Positions 8,618-16,028 of a DNA stretch of 20,000 nucleotides are shown in pieces (positions within the stretch are counted from its first letter, which is position 1; each line of letters begins with the position of its first letter). Location of the stretch: the IMG/VR virus record IMGVR_UViG_3300028800_000079. The stretch is one strand, 5' to 3'. The notes below the pieces were generated by a model, which saw only the letters and a list, made by a program, of their open reading frames with translations, was not told the origin of the DNA and searched no databases. Position numbers and translations under genes: made by a program. This DNA is from an uncultured virus (IMG/VR IMGVR_UViG_3300028800_000079). Lineage: Duplodnaviria; Heunggongvirae; Uroviricota; Caudoviricetes.

Positions 8618-9670
8618 GTGGAGACGCTCGGCTGCGGCGTCTACGAGGCGTACATTCAGCCGCGAGGAGGTACAAGAGAGAAGACGCCGTTCCCGTGGTC
8701 GCAGATCGGGTGGGCACGCGTCCTCGATGACACCTCGCAAGCATCCGTGGAAGCGGACGGCACCTGCGGCATCCCGGACGGGGATATACGTTCCTGGCGC
8801 GACGAAATCTCGCTGATCCGTGACGGCGAACAGGTCTGGGTTGGGCCGGTCTACCAGCCGGTCGGGAACCCGAACCAGTTGCCGAATCAGTTACGAGCGG
8901 CGGCGCGCGATCTGACGGCCTGGTGGGATCACCGTCTGATCCACCAAGACCACGACTACACGGGAAACCCCACCGATCTCGCGACCATCCTTCAGACGCT
9001 GTCTGACGATGCGATGGCTCCCGACAACACCCCCGGATTGTTTGTGACCGCAACCTTGTGCGGCGTGCTCGGACAGCCTCAGATCCTTGCGGCGCAGTAC
9101 CAGATGGCGGGACAACAGATCCGGACGCTCACCAACAGCGGAGTGGACTGGACGTGTGTAAACCGTGACGTGCTCTGCGGCGGCAGCGTCGTCCCCACGG
9201 GGGCGATCACTCCGACGTTCACAGACGAACATTTCGTCACCGTCCCTACCGTCACCGTGGACGGATCGGTGCAGGCGAACCGCGTTATCGTTACCGGGGC
9301 AGGGACAGGAGTGGCGGGTTCCACTGTTGTCGGGGCGGCAGGTCCTGATACGGCGCTCGCGATGGAGGACGGCCTTCTGGAGCAGGTGGTGCAGGACACG
9401 TCGATCCAGGACAACACCACCGCCGCGTCCGCAGCTTCGTCACGGCTGATGCTGACGAAAGCCGCTGTCACCGTCACAAACGCGCAACTCGATCCGTCAG
9501 CGCCGTTCCCGATCTCGGTGCTGGTGCCAGGAGCTACCTGCTACCTCGACCTCGCCAAGACCGTGATCCCGGTGTCAGGACAGTTCAGGCTCGGCGGCTT
9601 GCAGGTGACAATGCAAGTGGGCGGCATCGAACAGGTAGTGGCGAACTTTCAGCCTGTAGGCCAGACGTGA
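8618..9670 (+). CDS. Minor tail protein (baseplate hub-like)
   Basis: Position after the Dit-like gene; WARVLDDTSQA, ISLIRDGEQVWVGPV and ANRVIVTG motifs resemble actinophage hub proteins. Confidence 0.75.
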   Translation: METLGCGVYEAYIQPRGGTREKTPFPWSQIGWARVLDDTSQASVEADGTCGIPDGDIRSWRDEISLIRDGEQVWVGPVYQPVGNPNQLPNQLRAAARDLTAWWDHRLIHQDHDYTGNPTDLATILQTLSDDAMAPDNTPGLFVTATLCGVLGQPQILAAQYQMAGQQIRTLTNSGVDWTCVNRDVLCGGSVVPTGAITPTFTDEHFVTVPTVTVDGSVQANRVIVTGAGTGVAGSTVVGAAGPDTALAMEDGLLEQVVQDTSIQDNTTAASAASSRLMLTKAAVTVTNAQLDPSAPFPISVLVPGATCYLDLAKTVIPVSGQFRLGGLQVTMQVGGIEQVVANFQPVGQT

Positions 9671-9885
9671 ACCGGCAGATCCCGACCGCCGACAAGGCGA
9701 CCGAGAAGCTGCTGCGCGACATCCTCGACCAGCTGGACAAGCTGAATCGGGGCGCAAGTTTCGCTGGACGCGTCAGTTTCGGGGACGTTATCCAGATCGG
9801 AAACATCACGATCACAACCTCAGGCGACACCGTCAAGTTCCAGAACGTCCAAGACGGTAAATCCACCACCCTCACCCTCACCTGA
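9667..9885 (+). CDS. Small minor tail protein (hypothetical)
   Basis: GTGA overlap; N-terminal helical segment LRDILDQLDKL followed by beta-rich sequence. Confidence 0.65.
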   Translation: MNRQIPTADKATEKLLRDILDQLDKLNRGASFAGRVSFGDVIQIGNITITTSGDTVKFQNVQDGKSTTLTLT

Positions 9886-9893
9886 TGCGGGAT

Positions 9894-9931
9894 TCACGCT
9901 GGCGTGACGCGCCCGCGCTGGCGCGTACTCT
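9894..9931 (+). promoter_or_regulatory. Palindromic motif copy 3 (TCACGCTGGCGTGA, 9894-9907) overlapping a putative promoter
   Basis: Perfect 6-2-6 palindrome; GTGACG-16 bp-TACTCT, then SD AAGGAG and ATG at 9947. Confidence 0.65.
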
Positions 9932-9946
9932 AGAAGGAGACAACGT

Positions 9947-10765
9947 ATGGGATGCACAACCAACTCGAACAGCATCGACCTCTCCGTCGCGTCCGGAGTA
10001 CTGGAGGCCGACCTCGTTGTTGACCCGGCCGCAGGTAAATCCCCGAACCAGCTTGTCGTAGACTCGACCGGGGTGTACGTCCCTTCTGACGGGTGGGTGC
10101 CTTTGGGGGCGACGCTCGCCTACTCGTCCGCCGACGCGCCAACGTTCGTGGCGACCACCAGCCTCGACCTCACAAGCTTCATCGGTCCTGGCGACCGGCT
10201 CAGGCTCGTCCAGTCGGCCACCAACCTCTACTTCCTGATCACCGCTATCACCGCGGGGACGGTCACCCTGTACGGCGGCACCGACTACACGCTCGCGAAC
10301 TCGCCGATCACGGTTCCGTACTTCTCGAAAGCGAAAAGCCCGATCGGGTTCCCGCTCGACCCGGCGAAATGGACGCAGACGCTGAAAGACGTAGCGTCGC
10401 GGCTCCAGACGAACGCCGTGAACGGCACCTGGTATAACCCCGGCTCAGGGGCACTATCGATTTCGCTTCCGATCGGTTGCTGGAGTGTGGGATGGCGTGC
10501 CCCTGTCTTCGGGGCGAGCAACGACGACGTGTTCGCGACGCTCTCCACCGCGAACAACTCCGAGTCGAACACCGATTTCAGCACCTACATCGGTTCGAAC
10601 CCGAACACCATCACCCAGACGGTCGCGGCTGTCCCGTTGACGCTCGCCGCGAAGACGCCCTACTACCTGAACGTGAAGTCCGACAACTCCGGCGGTTCCA
10701 CCTCGATCGGGTTCCGCGGCGACCTGGCACCGATCGTCATTCGTGCGCTCAGCGCGTACCTGTAA
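9947..10765 (+). CDS. Tail fibre / receptor-binding-like protein
   Basis: 272 aa, beta-rich S/T/G composition, strong SD, last gene of the tail block. Confidence 0.65.
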   Translation: MGCTTNSNSIDLSVASGVLEADLVVDPAAGKSPNQLVVDSTGVYVPSDGWVPLGATLAYSSADAPTFVATTSLDLTSFIGPGDRLRLVQSATNLYFLITAITAGTVTLYGGTDYTLANSPITVPYFSKAKSPIGFPLDPAKWTQTLKDVASRLQTNAVNGTWYNPGSGALSISLPIGCWSVGWRAPVFGASNDDVFATLSTANNSESNTDFSTYIGSNPNTITQTVAAVPLTLAAKTPYYLNVKSDNSGGSTSIGFRGDLAPIVIRALSAYL

Positions 10766-10771
10766 CTACCG

Positions 10772-10799
10772 TTGACAATCCCCAACCCCATGCTATCCT
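10772..10799 (+). promoter_or_regulatory. Strong sigmaA-type promoter
   Basis: TTGACA-16 bp-TATCCT with extended TG, followed by an AT-rich stretch, SD GGAGG and ATG at 10825. Confidence 0.8.
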
Positions 10800-10824
10800 G
10801 CTATATAAAAGGTTGGAGGTTGAC

Positions 10825-11583
10825 ATGAAAAAGACAGTTCTCGCCATCGCCGTCGCAGCTTCTGCTGTAGCCGTCTTTGGTGTATCCACGGCAGGGGCGG
10901 CAATCACCTGTTCCACCGACATCGCCGCCGCCGTCGCGAACGCGACCGTCACCAACATGGGGTACAACTGGTCGTCCGCGGCGCAGCCGAACCCGGACTG
11001 GGACGTAGACATGACCGCCACGATCAACGAGAGCGTGGACGTGTACGCAACCTCGGACGCGGACGCACGCTCCCAGGTGCAGACACTCCTGGAGAACGAG
11101 AAGGCGTCGCTCAACTGTGACGGAGCATCCGCACAGACGGGTTCCGCGACTTCTAGCGGCACCCCGTCCGCGAAAACGACAGCGCTCACTCCCGCCGACA
11201 CGCCGTACGCGGCGGCGGCACGGTCGCTGCTCGCGTCCGCCACCGTCCGCTACGTCGGAGACTCGTGGGGTCCGGTACCGATCTACGAGATCGACCTGGT
11301 GGCAGCCCTCAACATGAGCCTCGACGTGGCCGCGTGGGGGGCCGAGGCAGCCCGCACCGACCCGAGCGTCGTCGCGATCGTCGCGGAAACACTGTGGGAG
11401 AGGGCAGGTTCTCCGCCAGCACCCGAAGCACCATCTGCCACCGCCACCGGCCCGTCCGGTGGCACAACTGGCGGAACGACCACATCTACGCCAGCAACTG
11501 GAGACGCGACCGGCACCACCACAACCGACGATACGGCCGATCCGGTGCTTGTTCCCATCAACGGAAGGATGGTTGTGGCATGA
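10825..11583 (+). CDS. Secreted protein with two copies of an unknown ~55-aa domain and a T/G/P-rich tail
   Basis: Sec-type signal MKKTVLAIAVAASAVAVFGVSTAGA|A; own promoter and SD. True start is 10825, not 10477. Confidence 0.8.
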   Translation: MKKTVLAIAVAASAVAVFGVSTAGAAITCSTDIAAAVANATVTNMGYNWSSAAQPNPDWDVDMTATINESVDVYATSDADARSQVQTLLENEKASLNCDGASAQTGSATSSGTPSAKTTALTPADTPYAAAARSLLASATVRYVGDSWGPVPIYEIDLVAALNMSLDVAAWGAEAARTDPSVVAIVAETLWERAGSPPAPEAPSATATGPSGGTTGGTTTSTPATGDATGTTTTDDTADPVLVPINGRMVVA

Positions 11584-11795
11584 GCGACCCGTCCCCGCAG
11601 GCGCAGGAACTTGCAGCGTCCGCCCCGATCACGAACTGTGGCACACGTTGGGGGAAAACACCGCTCTGGTCAGCCGACCTGGTGGCAGCTCTAGACATGA
11701 GCATCGACTTCTACGCCGCCGACGAAGACGCGGCTAGAGCGGCCCTACCGCAGATCATTCAAGACGAACTCGACAGGAGAACGAATGGCTCGTAA
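11580..11795 (+). CDS. Small protein: single copy of the same domain, no signal peptide
   Basis: ATGA overlap; DLVAALDMSIDFYAADEDAAR aligns with DLVAALNMSLDVAAWGAEAAR of the upstream protein. Confidence 0.8.
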   Translation: MSDPSPQAQELAASAPITNCGTRWGKTPLWSADLVAALDMSIDFYAADEDAARAALPQIIQDELDRRTNGS

Positions 11796-11970
11796 GGTGC
11801 TCGTGGAAGGAAGAGTGCATCTCTACCCAGGGATCAGCCCCGGCAGGCAGGTGCTTGTGGACCCGACCGACCCGTGGATGCGCGGGCAAGTCGCGGCCGG
11901 GAACCTCGTCGTCGTGAACGAGAAGGACCGCGCACTGTTCGAGGACAAGCCGGAGCCCGAACAGCTCTAG
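11785..11970 (+). CDS. Hypothetical phage protein (61 aa)
   Basis: SD AGGAG upstream; good codon bias; overlaps the previous gene end. Confidence 0.7.
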   Translation: MARKVLVEGRVHLYPGISPGRQVLVDPTDPWMRGQVAAGNLVVVNEKDRALFEDKPEPEQL

Positions 11971-12035
11971 GTGTGACACCCGCCCCGTCGGGGAGAATAC
12001 GGGGCATGTGGCGGTGTGGGGATTGCGGGTAGCGC

Positions 12036-12230
12036 GTGCGGAGTTGGCTGCGCGCCCTGGACAGGTGGCTGCGCCAGGAACTCGACCTGTGGTTCGCGAC
12101 CGTCGCCCGCTATATCGGCTTGGTGATGTGCCTGTACAGTGTGTTCATCGACAAGCTCCACACCCCGGCGTTGTTGACGGTCGCGGCCGGGCTCGTGTTC
12201 ATGAAATCCGTGATGAAGGGCGGCGAGTGA
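12036..12230 (+). CDS. Holin-like membrane protein (two predicted TM segments)
   Basis: Hydrophobic stretches LWFATVARYIGLVMCLYSVFI and PALLTVAAGLVFM; typical lysis position. Confidence 0.55.
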   Translation: MRSWLRALDRWLRQELDLWFATVARYIGLVMCLYSVFIDKLHTPALLTVAAGLVFMKSVMKGGE

Positions 12231-12266
12231 TGGTTATAGGTGCGGCGGGATGGGCACGCTAACGTC

Positions 12267-12431
12267 ATGGCCGCCGCCGCTCGTTTCCTCGCCCGCATCC
12301 GGGAGAGGTTGCGATGCCCGGTTCGTCTAAAGTCACCGCCGTCCCGGTACCTGGCGCTCCTCTACCTAGCGGTGTTGACGCTCGGCTCGCTCTCAGTCCA
12401 GTTCGCGGTCGGGGCAAACCTGCAATGGTGA
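12267..12431 (+). CDS. Small single-TM membrane protein
   Basis: Basic N-terminus, then YLALLYLAVLTLGSLSVQFAV. Confidence 0.5.
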   Translation: MAAAARFLARIRERLRCPVRLKSPPSRYLALLYLAVLTLGSLSVQFAVGANLQW

Positions 12432-12514
12432 CCTGGCTCCGCTATCGGCCGCTACGGCTCGGCGTCTACGCAGCGATCGTCGCCGCAGCGACGCTCGTCG
12501 TCCAGTTCCACTAG
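12425..12514 (+). CDS. Very small single-TM peptide (29 aa)
   Basis: ATG overlaps the previous gene end; MVTWLRYRPLRLGVYAAIVAAATLVVQFH. Confidence 0.45.
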   Translation: MVTWLRYRPLRLGVYAAIVAAATLVVQFH

Positions 12515-12894
12515 CGGCGGCGCGGCTGCCGGTTCGCGAGCAGCCGTGCGGCGCGGGCGCGCAGCTCGCCGTCCTCTTCCGGGTCGGCGGCGATCTGTTG
12601 TAGCCTGTGCAGGCTTGCGCGCGGGTTCACGTCGATCGGTAGCTCGCCACTGTAGAACGCCTCGGTGCGGCCGAGCGCGGTGACGAGGTTGTCCGCGACG
12701 CGTAGCTCGGTGTGCCGGTAGCGGACGCGCATGATCCCCTCGATCGTCTGCGCGCTCACACCGGATTGGCGGGCGAGCGCGTCCATGCCTGTCTCGTGGC
12801 CGTGGTGGTGGCGGCGTGGGATCCCGGCCCCGGCGAGGAGTTCGGAGAGCCGTTCTGTCGCGACGATGTAGCTGTCACGGGAGCCGTCTGCCAC
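12511..12894 (-). CDS. XRE/Cro-family HTH transcriptional regulator
   Basis: MDALARQSGVSAQTIEGIMRVRYRHTELRVADNLVTALG fits the XRE HTH pattern; probably leaderless (TACTCT 7 nt before GTG). Confidence 0.75.
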   Translation of the reverse strand: MADGSRDSYIVATERLSELLAGAGIPRRHHHGHETGMDALARQSGVSAQTIEGIMRVRYRHTELRVADNLVTALGRTEAFYSGELPIDVNPRASLHRLQQIAADPEEDGELRARAARLLANRQPRRR

Positions 12895-12948
12895 AGACGG
12901 CAGAGTAACCCGTATCTCGGACGGTGACCGTCTAGTTGAACGTGAGAG

Positions 12949-13383
12949 TCACCGCAGACGGCACGCCCGTGACGTGTTCGGCCATGCTCCCCACCCTTGT
13001 TTGAGCCAGCCTCGGTAGGCGACGAGGATCTGGACGGCGGCGGGCCACCGTCCGGCGGGGCCGTACCGTTGCAGGAACTCGGGGCCGTACGCCTGTTGGA
13101 AGGTGGCGTCCATCTGCATACCGCCGCCGTACCCGGCGTTGTGGGCGTCCCACGCGGCTTCGCCCCACCCGTACCGTGTTGGGGTGCGCCAGTAGCGGTG
13201 CCCGAATAGGACGTAATCGAGATGGGAGCCGGGCTGCCAGTGGGTGCTGTAGAGGTATCCGCTGTGGACGCAAAGGGCGTCTTGGACGAAGCTGGCGGGC
13301 GGGACCTCTGATGCTGTTCGTGCGGATGCCGTCGGTGTGAACAGGGCCGTGACGGCGGCGGCGAGGAACACGGGTAGCTGCAC
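12949..13383 (-). CDS. Secreted Rpf-like (resuscitation-promoting factor) lytic transglycosylase
   Basis: Signal peptide ending ASA; Rpf-like motifs GYGGGMQMD, PAAVQILVAY and QGWGAWPNTSRAC; SD GGAGAG. Confidence 0.8.
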   Translation of the reverse strand: MQLPVFLAAAVTALFTPTASARTASEVPPASFVQDALCVHSGYLYSTHWQPGSHLDYVLFGHRYWRTPTRYGWGEAAWDAHNAGYGGGMQMDATFQQAYGPEFLQRYGPAGRWPAAVQILVAYRGWLKQGWGAWPNTSRACRLR

Positions 13384-13500
13384 ATTCTCTCCAGTCCGGG
13401 CAGGACGCGCACCGCAGCGGTGGTGCTCTCGGGGCTGCTTGTGCGCCTGTCAACGTCTGGGCCGTCTGGCGTGCCTCACTTTCGTCGGGGGACTCGGGGG

Positions 13501-13602
13501 ATGCTAGCGCCCTGCGGGGGCGTCTATCACGCCAGCGTGACGACCTCGCTATGCGAAGTCAAGCAGCCACCCCTTGCGTTCGTATAGCGGAACGGCTAGA
13601 GT
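13501..13602. promoter_or_regulatory. Divergent control region
   Basis: Leftward -10 TAGCAT (13506-13501); palindrome copy 4 TCACGCCAGCGTGA (13527-13540); leftward TTGACT (13562-13557); rightward TTGCGT-17 bp-TAGAGT (13574-13602); two CGYATAGC boxes. Confidence 0.7.
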
Positions 13603-13610
13603 GGGGGGAC

Positions 13611-13877
13611 GTGGACGAGCACTCGTTCGAGATGGAGTACGGCCCCGAAGAGCGATACCGGCTCTACGTTCGGCGCGGCCAAGACCTGCGGCTGCTCGCG
13701 ACGATGCCCGACCCGCAGTCGGCCGGGGTCGCGCTCGCCACCCTGCACAGCGAAGGCGAATGGGGCGACCACGACCGTGTCGGGCTCCTCGACGGCGTCC
13801 AGCACGTCTGGCTCGTCAACCCATTCTGCACCGGCCAAGCACCCGTTCACTTCAGCGGGAGAGGAGAACCGAGATGA
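13611..13877 (+). CDS. Hypothetical protein (88 aa), probably leaderless
   Basis: GTG 8 nt after -10 TAGAGT; strong codon bias; stop overlaps the next ATG. Confidence 0.7.
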   Translation: MDEHSFEMEYGPEERYRLYVRRGQDLRLLATMPDPQSAGVALATLHSEGEWGDHDRVGLLDGVQHVWLVNPFCTGQAPVHFSGRGEPR

Positions 13878-14299
13878 CCGAACAGGCGAAACCGACGGTG
13901 GTTGAGGCGCTCTCCGCTGTGATGGCGGACTGCATCTTATGGTCAGGAGCGAAAAGTTCCAACGGTTATGGGCAGACCACCAGGAACGGGCGACAGGTCG
14001 GTGCTCATCGCGCGGCATACGAGGATGCATATGGACCAATTCCGGCAGCGCACCACGTTCACCACATTTGTCGTCGTCGGGCCTGCGTGAATCCGCTTCA
14101 TCTTCTATCCGTAGATCCATACGACCACGAAAAACTAGACGAAGGACGCAACTCCGCTAAGACGCATTGTAAGTACGGGCACCTTTTGGACGATGCCAAT
14201 ACGTATTACAGGCGTGACCGTCCTGGGCAACGTCAATGTCGTAATTGTGTTCGAGATGCAACTCGTCGCTATCGCGCCAAGAAAAGGATGGCAGCATGA
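13874..14299 (+). CDS. HNH homing endonuclease (His-Me finger) with ERF-like N-terminal 19 aa
   Basis: DCILWSG...GYG...AHRAAY...HVHHICRRRACVNPLHL, plus C-terminal KTHCKYGH...RQCRNC Zn domain; SD GAGGAG; low GC3 after codon 19. Confidence 0.9.
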   Translation: MTEQAKPTVVEALSAVMADCILWSGAKSSNGYGQTTRNGRQVGAHRAAYEDAYGPIPAAHHVHHICRRRACVNPLHLLSVDPYDHEKLDEGRNSAKTHCKYGHLLDDANTYYRRDRPGQRQCRNCVRDATRRYRAKKRMAA

Positions 14300-15027
14300 C
14301 CGATCCCGTGACACCCTCTGTGGTTCAGGCGTTGACGGCCGTAATGACCGACGTGCAGTCCATCTCGAAGGACTCGCGGAACACGCAGCAGAACTTCAAC
14401 TTCCGAGGGATCGACGCGGTAGTGAACGCGGTTGGGCCGGTGCTCAGGAAGCATGGCGTTGTCGTGGTGCCGGTGGACGCCGACTACACCGAGGAGCGGT
14501 ACGCGACCAAGACGGGGACACAGATGCGTGGCGTCACGGCGACGATCCGGTTCCGGTTCTACGGGCCTGCCGGTGACTACATCGACGCTGCCGCGCTCGG
14601 AGAAGCCGCCGACGCTGGGGACAAGGCCGTCCCGAAGGCGCACAGCGTTGCGTACAGGACGTTGCTGCTTCAGGCGCTCTGCATCCCGACGGACGAGCCC
14701 GACCCGGACGCGGAAGCGCACGAGCGCGGCGAGGCCGCGGTTGCTGCGCCTCCGGCCCCGTTGAAGTGGCCGGACTGGACTGCCGCGATGGTCGAACTGG
14801 GCGTCACCGACTCCGAGAAGTGGCTGCAGGACGCGACCGAGCACCTGCACGGCACCCGCAGCCTGAAAGACCTCTCTTCGGAGCAGCGTACGGAGATGAT
14901 CCGGCTCGCGTTCGAGGCGGTCGATCTGTTGCGGGCCGCGGCGGTGGTGGACGAGAAGACACTGACGGGCGTGTTCGCGTCCGTGTTTGCGCGTCCCGAA
15001 GAGGCCGACGATCTGCCGCCGTTCTAG
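14296..15027 (+). CDS. ERF-family single-strand annealing recombinase
   Basis: KDSRNTQQNFNFRGIDAVVNAVGPVLRKHGV...GEAADAGDKAVPKAHSVAYRTLLLQALCIPTDEPDPD; ATGA overlap. Confidence 0.9.
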   Translation: MTDPVTPSVVQALTAVMTDVQSISKDSRNTQQNFNFRGIDAVVNAVGPVLRKHGVVVVPVDADYTEERYATKTGTQMRGVTATIRFRFYGPAGDYIDAAALGEAADAGDKAVPKAHSVAYRTLLLQALCIPTDEPDPDAEAHERGEAAVAAPPAPLKWPDWTAAMVELGVTDSEKWLQDATEHLHGTRSLKDLSSEQRTEMIRLAFEAVDLLRAAAVVDEKTLTGVFASVFARPEEADDLPPF

Positions 15028-15855
15028 ATGGCGCACCGGAACGGCAGAGTCGGGAACCGGGCGCTGCTTGCGGCGCGCGCCGTCGCGCTGCGGACGCAGG
15101 GACGGACGGGACGCGAGATCGCGGACCTGCTCGGCGTGTCGCGTTCGTACGCGGCCGACCTGTACTCCGACCCGTCCGGTGAGAAGGCGCAAGCGCGGAA
15201 GGATTCGTACCGGCAGCCGTGCGTGGACTGTGGCGCCGAGACGAGCGGGGCGAAGGGCCGGAAGCCCGAACCGCGCTGTATGCGCTGCGCGAACGTCAAG
15301 AAGGGGATCGACAAGACGAAGTGGACGCGCGACCGGATCGTCGCCGCAATCCGCTGGTGGGCGGACACCTACGGGGAGCCGCCCGCGATCCGCGACTGGA
15401 ACCCCCATTCGGCGCGCACCGTGCTCCATGACGAACCTCGCGCCCGACGCTTCGACAAGCACTTTGCGGCGGGGGAGGTGCCGTGGTTCAACAGTGTCGT
15501 CTACCACTTCGGCACCTTCAACGCCGGGATCGAGGCGGCCGGGTTTACGCCACGGGCCGCTAACGGTGGAGGCGGGAACGTGAAGCGCAACCGCCGCTAC
15601 GGGAAGGCGAAACCGCATCCCGGCGCTCACCGCGTCTACTGGCACACGACAGGGAAAGGAACGAAGATCATGCAAGCACTCGTGCTCCGCAAGAACGGCG
15701 GCGGCTGGGTTGAGGTTGGAACCACCGAAGCAAGGTCGTACGTGGACGCCGTCGAGAACGTCGCCACCGAGCCGGGCGACTACATCGCCGTCCCGGCCGC
15801 GCAAGTGTTCACCGTCGCGGCGGTGTCGAAGCTGGCCGCTACCCCGCGGACGTGA
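15028..15855 (+). CDS. DNA-binding protein: HTH + CxxC..CxxC Zn finger + homing-endonuclease-associated repeat
   Basis: GRTGREIADLLGVSRSY (HTH); CVDCG...CMRC; WTRDRIVAAIRWWADTYGEPP...HFGTFNAGIEAAGF. Confidence 0.7.
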   Translation: MAHRNGRVGNRALLAARAVALRTQGRTGREIADLLGVSRSYAADLYSDPSGEKAQARKDSYRQPCVDCGAETSGAKGRKPEPRCMRCANVKKGIDKTKWTRDRIVAAIRWWADTYGEPPAIRDWNPHSARTVLHDEPRARRFDKHFAAGEVPWFNSVVYHFGTFNAGIEAAGFTPRAANGGGGNVKRNRRYGKAKPHPGAHRVYWHTTGKGTKIMQALVLRKNGGGWVEVGTTEARSYVDAVENVATEPGDYIAVPAAQVFTVAAVSKLAATPRT

Positions 15856-16028
15856 CCCCGCCAGCGCCTCTCCGTGACGGCGGCGGCGGGAAGCCGCCCG
15901 CCTACCTCCGCGTCGTCCGGCTGCTCACCGACAGCGACATCCGCGACGAGCTGCGGCTCGGGAAGGGCGGCGACGGGTTCCAGGCCGCCCTTCGTGCCGA
16001 AGCCGCGAAGCGCGGGCTGAAGCTGTGA
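15852..16028 (+). CDS. Hypothetical protein (58 aa; not in ORF track)
   Basis: GTGA overlaps at both ends; MTPPAPLRDGGGGKPPAYLRVVRLLTDSDIRDELRLGKGGDGFQAALRAEAAKRGLKL; high GC3. Confidence 0.7.
   Translation: MTPPAPLRDGGGGKPPAYLRVVRLLTDSDIRDELRLGKGGDGFQAALRAEAAKRGLKL

Noticed and set aside
9947..10765. Possible diversity-generating retroelement target in the tail fibre
   Set aside because: No reverse transcriptase and no template/variable repeat pair seen in the window.
13931..14352. Group I intron or intein explanation for the HNH inside ERF
   Set aside because: The insert is essentially all coding, leaving no room for a ribozyme core. It contains a stop codon and lacks intein terminal HN-C/S/T motifs, although the Cys at the junction was noted.
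14269..15804. 511-aa minus-strand ORF
   Set aside because: Shadow of ERF and the HTH gene; R/P/G-rich with no domain.
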